A stretch of DNA of 64,000 bases, from positions 65,100,001 to 65,164,000 of the forward strand of contig OX597827.1 in the NCBI GenBank assembly GCA_951406725.2, in the 5' to 3' direction. The notes beneath the pieces are model-generated. The model searched no databases. It was given only the letters and a program-made list of their open reading frames with translations, and was not told the DNA's origin. This DNA is from Octopus vulgaris. Lineage: Eukaryota. A program made the position numbers and the translations under genes. Shown piece by piece: positions 57,003 to 64,000 of the stretch (position 1 is its first letter; each line of letters opens with the position of its first letter).

Positions 57003-58247
57003 TGTTTGTATGTGTGTGCGCGCGTAAAGTGTACCAATATTGCATATCGTGTATATAAATCATACACAATTGTACTGAAATTAATACTAAATTTACCATA
57101 ACCTTTTTCAAATTGATATAGGTGGTCTAAATTACATATATAGGTGAAGTATGACCTCTATAACTAGATACTGCTGAACATACACTAGACTATAGGCGGT
57201 GCATTTGCACTATGTATGTACGCAAATCTCCTATCTAATCTCGTTTCAAATTTTCTGTTGTGCACAGCAGTATCCAGTTGGAATTTGGTGCTCTTAGTGT
57301 TTTTATTCAAGAGGCATGTATTCATGCGAAGAAATAACACTGATAAAAGCATATCATTGTTAAATGTCAGTAAATAATTGAGAGACAGTACCCAGTAGTA
57401 TGACGGTAGCGAGTAAGCACTTCAATAACTGTCTATACATATTAAAATTCCCTAAACAGATGAAAGAAGTTTAAAAACTGTAACTGAACAACAAAATATT
57501 CACTCAATATCGAATTATGCTCTTCTTGTGGCGTTGCTACTTTATAATTCTCCGATTATTTAAAAATCTAGTCAATGCAAGGGATTATGCTTCGCATAGT
57601 AATATCTCTGGTTATGTAGATAAGCAATATGGCTGAAAGAAATATAACACAGGGGGAAATCTTGAATACTAAACGCATATTCGATAGAGTTACACTTATG
57701 TAATACAGCGTGTTGAGAACATTTCGCTTTATTTAGATTAACCATGCAGTTCGAAGACAAAACTCATTCATAGAGTGTTAAAAGGTACATGTGCATCTGT
57801 TGTGTTTATATGATGCAATGGTTTAAAATTTTGGCACAAAGCCAGTGATATTAGTCGAGGTGGGGATGGGCTTAGTTGATTACAATGGTCCCAGTATTGG
57901 ACTGGTACTTTATTTTATCGACCAGAAAGGACGAAAAGAAAATTTATCACGTAACGTTGCAGAAGAAAGGCTTCTAAGCGTTTTTATACTATACAATACA
58001 ATACTATACTGTGCAATACTATGCTTTACTATACTCCAATGTAGTATACCATACTATGATATTATAAGATATGATATATATGCATGTACGTGATGACGTT
58101 TGGCCTCCTGATGAGAAATGTTAAGCTTATGATCAAAATGCTGCAAATTGAATTGATTGACCCTTCTTTGAATTGTGACCTTGAACAAGACAACTTCATT
58201 TCCTGTTGCTTCAATCAATTCTTCTGCAATGTGTAGGAACAGTGCAT

Positions 58248-58657
58248 CTTATTTTTTATTGCCCACAAGGGGCTGAACATACAGGGGACAAGCAAGGACA
58301 AACAAAGGGATTAAGTCGATTATATCGACCCCATTGGATAACTGGTATTTAATTTATCGACCCCGAAAGGATGACAGGCAATGTCAACCTCGGCGGAATT
58401 TCAACAAAGATGGTAACGGCAGACGAAATAGCTATTTCTTTATTACCCACAAGGGGCTAAACACAGAGGGAACAAACAAGGACAGACATAGGTATTAAGT
58501 CGATTACATCGACCCCAGTGCGTAACTGGTACTTAATTTATCGACCCCGAAAGGATGAAAGGCAAAGTCGACATCGGCGGAATTTCAACTCAGAATGTAA
58601 CGGCAGACGAAATACCGGTAAGCATTTCGCCCGGCGTGTTAACGCTTCTGCCAGCTC
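58248..58657 (-). mobile_element. Family A SINE, partial dimer
   Basis: Two reverse complement units (58248-58430 and 58433-58657). Confidence 0.85.
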
Positions 58658-59201
58658 TTAGGAATAGTGTTTCAATGCAGCCTTCAGTACTTTCAGTTGT
58701 TATCTGTGCGTTGTACCACTGCTACAAGATTACAACTTCATAGGAGAGATCTATGTCTGAAGCAGGAGTACATAAGCGTGAAAAACAATCAGGAAAAGTA
58801 TTGTACGAGTTAGCAATATATAATGTATCGGAGCGTAACCACTGGCTTTTACGCCATTATCCTACAACGTCCTAATTATGGCCCGACATTGCAATTTATT
58901 TTTTATATTATAAAAATAGTATTTGTATATTTGATTTTAGTTGGAACACTATATATAACTAACATAGTTTTTGTAAATGTTCGTATATTTTTTGTGATTT
59001 TTATTCATTACTTTATTCGTGTAACTTTTATTTCTGTACCTTTTTATCTTTATTTGAATTTTTATCTGAATTATGGCTTGTACTGTGGAGTCCAGTGAAA
59101 CTAAACATACCTAATTTAAACATACTTATTTTGCAAATATTTATAGGATTTAAAAATTAAAATATAGTTTATTGTATTAAACGTTGATAACGTTGTATAA
59201 G

Positions 59202-59295
59202 GGCCTGATGATTGGGGTGGCATCTTGAGAGGGGTTCCAGGGAAACACGGAGTGGTTTAGGAACCAGAGTATTACCTCATGAAACATGTGTTGCC
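59202..59295 (+). ncRNA. Type I hammerhead with long stem II
   Basis: GGC CUGAUGA UUGGGGUGG..GGUUCC..GGAACC..UUACCUCAU GAAA CAUGU GUU GCC. Confidence 0.75.
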
Positions 59296-59576
59296 AAGTA
59301 ATAAAACAGTAGGTATTTGAAATAAAAATAAAAATTCTTTTTAATTGGGTAGAAGTAGGGGTATACTATCTCTGAATTAGAATATATTTCTTCATTGAGA
59401 ATAATTTGAACCTCTGTGATGCCGGAATTATTATTCCCTAAAAAAAATATAAATATATATATATATGTATATAATTATATATATACATGTGTATATATAT
59501 ATATTTATGTTTATCTATCTATGTATCTATCAATCTATTTATCTATACATACACACATATGTATGTATATACATAT

Positions 59577-59745
59577 ATGCGAGGCACTGCTGAAAGTTCC
59601 TAGGTATTGGGGTATCATGAGAGGACTTTTACAGGGCTTAGAAAATCTAGTTGACCGGTGAAAGAAATATGTAAATCTTAGAGGAAAATATGTTGAATAA
59701 AATCATAATTGTTACGCATGTATTTGTTTTTACCCATAATAGAAA
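59577..59745 (+). mobile_element. Mariner-derived short remnant
   Basis: TIR-like CGAGGCACTGCTGAAAGTTCC joined to GLENLVDR*KKYVNLRGKYVE*, a typical mariner C-terminus. Confidence 0.65.
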
Positions 59746-59899
59746 CGAACACCATTCCTACTTGCGATGAGCTTCAAAAATCGTTAAGATATTAAGACAT
59801 TTTTCTTAACATGAAACTGAGGGTTTCCGTAATACACAAATAAGAAAATTTTATCCACCAATGTGGTGTTGAGCACTCATTTTCATTGTTCGACAGTTA

Positions 59900-59951
<52 letters not shown>

Positions 59952-60491
59952 TATAAAGGGATGTCTACAAAAAGATGTCTCAGGAGACTAGGGAGATTTA
60001 AAGTCAAAACTACCATGATAAATATACAGTCTACCGTATGAGAAGGGAATACAACTCTCGAAGTGAGCGCCTTAAATACAGATTCAGTTGCAAGTCGTAT
60101 GATTTCATTGTTAGTGTACATAATCCACTTTCTAATCGTCAGGAATAATTAAGAATTTTTCCCTTATGAGCTTTTCACGGTGATTATAAAAATTTTATCC
60201 TATTTAAAATTATATATATATAGACACATGTATATAAGTTCAGTAAAATTTAGATTCAGATGAATATGGTACTTAAGTTGAAGGCACCAGAATTTAGTAT
60301 GGTATTATCCATATGATTTAAAATAAGGTGATTATAATCAAAATAAGCAGCATTACCTCTGGATATCCTTGTAGCTTATTTTGATTATATATATATATAA
60401 ACGGAAAGTTTACGAAAGTAAACAAAAGACGAAGGCAGGTGGTTTACAAACAAACAGATGTATTAGTATAGCGCTCAGGAATAGAAAAAGT

Positions 60492-60527
60492 CTTTTACGT
60501 TTCGAGCCTACGCTCTTCTACAGAAAG
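60492..60527 (-). ncRNA. Minimal hammerhead-like motif with CUGUAGA core
   Basis: Minus: CUUU CUGUAGA A GAGC-GUAG-GCUC GAAAC GUA AAAG; all stems intact. Confidence 0.68.
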
Positions 60528-61368
60528 GTACACAGAAAAAACAAGGAGAGAAAAAAATGTGTGTAGTAGCTAACGATTATATACATAACAGTGTATCGAT
60601 ATATAGGTGCTGCAAACATGCGAACATAGGATAGACAAATTTATAGTTAAAACTCAGGAATATAACCCAGCTTTGAAATTTTTTCTTCCCTGACCAAATA
60701 CAAGAGGCAAATGTCGCTATGCGTCATCATCTTGAAGTAGGAGCTCAGTCTTTGACCCGGTACTTTGTATGCTGAATTCACATATCGCAGACGTCAACAT
60801 TGCTTTTCATCGATTCAGATTTGACTATATGAAGTGCCATTGAGAGTGAGGATATTTGTACCGATTTCAGTACCCAAATTAAACATCACACATTGAAAAA
60901 AATCATCATAATTCTTAATCGTTCTTCAATGAAGTGAAGCTCATGTTTGAATTTTTTTTAATGTGTTAACAAATGCATACAATTATCTAGAAATATTGTT
61001 CTTTAAACTTAGAACATTCAAAACGTCAAAGAATGTTTCCAGTAAGTATAACAATTGTAAGTCATTATATAAACGGAATTGTTTAATCTTTCGTCGATTT
61101 TTAGAAGTTCTTGTTTTTAAACAAAATTTCGTAAAAAACAGAGATACAGAGAGAAACTGCAGAGAAAGGTTAAGAGATAGAAATAGAAAGAGCAGGAGAG
61201 GAGGATATTTAAATGTTTTCGCTATGTGGGTGCGTTGCTATGTGTGTATGCATATATACATATGTATATCAATACATAAATATATATGCATAAATATAAT
61301 GCATACACAATTATAGATTCATGTATACACAGACATATACAGACACACGCACGCATACACATATACAT

Positions 61369-61443
<75 letters not shown>

Positions 61444-61723
61444 CATATTTATACATATAAATGTGTATATTTATATATCCATATATGTGAATAACAATTG
61501 ATGTTTATTACAAGAATCTTATATATATATGTATACCATACACCTACTCACACAGACACACATGTATACAACATATACAAATATACATATATGAGTGTGT
61601 ATATATATATATATAAATAAATATATGCATGTATACATAAATATATATAAATTCTTAAATATATATATATATATATATAAATATATGTATATATACATGT
61701 ATATATAAATATATATATATACT

Positions 61724-61780
<57 letters not shown>

Positions 61781-63140
61781 AGGTTTCATATAAGTAGACG
61801 GGTGTGCAAACACAGAATTAAAGCACCTGACACGTTCACAAACACACACACACACACACATGTACACAAACAAAATCAGTCACAATTTCGTGTCGTTCTC
61901 CTGCCTACCCCCGCTACATTACACCGGACGCAGAAAACCGACCCCGCCATCTTGAGACAGCGAAAACAAAAGCAACACCGTCTCTTTCATTTTGACAGAC
62001 GGTATATTTGAAAACCAGCTGTTTATTTTGAATGTGTTTGTGCTGGGGTATTTTTTTTTTTTTCGTTTCTGTTCGTGTTAACATCTGTGTGTATGCGTGA
62101 AGAATATGGTGTTTGTGTTAATGATTAAGTTTATGAGAATGTGTGAGTTTGTGCGTGGTTAATTTCGTTCATTCTATCGAGATTGCTTAACGAGTCCGCA
62201 CGATGGTCTATTTGACAGACACGTCACTTAGAGCTCGAAGTTTCTCGTGTGAATAACAATTGATGTTTATTTCAAGAAAGTTATACGCTTTGTTTATTTT
62301 TTTATTTTTTTCACATAGGCGTAAACTATGTATATTAATATATGTACTCACACGTATATATCAATATACCCATACACGTAGAAACCACTAGAAACGCAAA
62401 CACACACGCGCGCATCCATACACACACAGAGACACACACACACGCACACATAAACACACACACAACACAAGCACATGCACAAACGCACACCCACACGCGT
62501 GCACACACACAAACACATCCACCGACACACAAACACACAAACGTACAAATATGTAAATATGTATATACCTTTATAAAAACATGACACAACTATATACATA
62601 TATATATGCTTGTGTGCGCGTGTGTATATTTGCGTGCGCTTTAGTGTGTGTATAAAATTTTGTGTAATTTCATATAAAGGTGGGTGTTTGTGTGGTCTCT
62701 TTGTCTCTCTGTCTATCTGTCTGTCTGTCTCCCTCTGTATATATGTATATACAAATATGTGTGTATATATTTATATATATGCATATATTCATATATATAT
62801 TTATATATATATGTATTTTTTATGTGTGTATATATATATACATATATATGTATGTATATTTATATATGTATATTTTTACATATAATTATATAATCACATA
62901 ACTATATCACATAATATACATGGGTGTATAAATTTAGAGATAAGAATACATCTGCGTTTTCTCCATTTTTCTTTTCTATCTTCTCTTTCTATATGTTATC
63001 CATCTATGTACCTATCTGCTTGCTTGTCTGTCTGTGTGTCTGTCTGTCTACCATTCTCTCCATTTATCTATTTTGTAGCGTAGTATATACATATATATAC
63101 ATACATGCATACATACATATATATATTTACGCACACACAT

Positions 63141-63173
<33 letters not shown>

Positions 63174-63337
63174 GTATATATATATATACACATATAGACA
63201 CACATATATATATGTATTATGTACTTTTATATATCTATATCTATCCATGTATCTATCAACTTATCTATCTATCTATCTATACACAAACACACACATATGT
63301 AGATATATACATATCTACATACACATATATATATATG

Positions 63338-63395
<58 letters not shown>

Positions 63396-63435
63396 TATGT
63401 TAAATTTTAATTTATATAAATTATTTTATGTATTG

Positions 63436-63488
63436 GATTAAGTCTTTCTTTGTTTGATTTGCATAATAGTGATTTTGTCTCTAATTTG

Positions 63489-63524
<36 letters not shown>

Positions 63525-63626
63525 TATATATGCATATGCATATATATATACACCGAACAATTTAAGCAAATACTTGAATTTCCGTTAGAAGACGTCTATA
63601 TAAATATATGCATGTACTTACTCATG

Positions 63627-63667
<41 letters not shown>

Positions 63668-63716
63668 TTAGAGACAAAAACCACTATTATGCAAATCAAA
63701 CAAAGAAAGACTTAAG
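63436..63716. repeat. Two inverted copies of a (TA)n-associated element terminus
   Basis: TTAAGTCTTTCTTTGTTTGATTTGCATAATAGTG.TTTTGTCTCTAATTT and its reverse complement at ~63664-63716; same terminus at ~35960-35986 and ~44340-44376. Confidence 0.75.
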
Positions 63717-63941
63717 CCAATATATATATATATATATTCAAATATATATGTATAAATATATGAATGCAAATATAGATATGGGTATATGTTTATAAATGTA
63801 TACAGATATAAACATATGTAAATGGAGTTTCAGCGGGATAGTGTCTATAAATATATGCACATACACATTTAAGCACATAATCACATATGAGTATTATGTG
63901 TAAGTGCACATCATGTGTTATAAGTGTATATGTACATATCC

Positions 63942-63983
<42 letters not shown>

Positions 63984-64000
63984 AAACAAGTCAAAATAGA

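Overview
AT-rich, microsatellite-saturated eukaryotic DNA with no intact protein-coding gene that I can support; nearly all ORFs in the track are translations of (TA)n, (CA)n, (TATC)n or (CTA)n repeats. The SINE repertoire resembles octopus SINEs as I remember them, so this is probably intergenic or intronic cephalopod DNA (inference). It holds many tRNA-derived SINEs of four head types, an R4/Dong-type LINE remnant next to (TAA)n, mariner and piggyBac remnants, non-autonomous Helitrons, a Helentron-like element and MITEs. The main signal is about 14 type I hammerhead ribozyme (HHR) motifs from roughly 9-10 unrelated small elements. All have palindromic or near-palindromic (dimer-type) stem III, most lie beside (TA)n tracts, and several sit in direct or inverted terminal repeats typical of Penelope-like elements (PLEs) and retrozymes. 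Highlights: a two-ribozyme element predicted to release a 441-nt RNA (12165-12819), a 343-nt-unit element with an HHR capping a long hairpin (52137-52617), and recurrent non-canonical cores (CUGUNGA, CCGANGA). All folds were done by eye and catalytic activity is untested.
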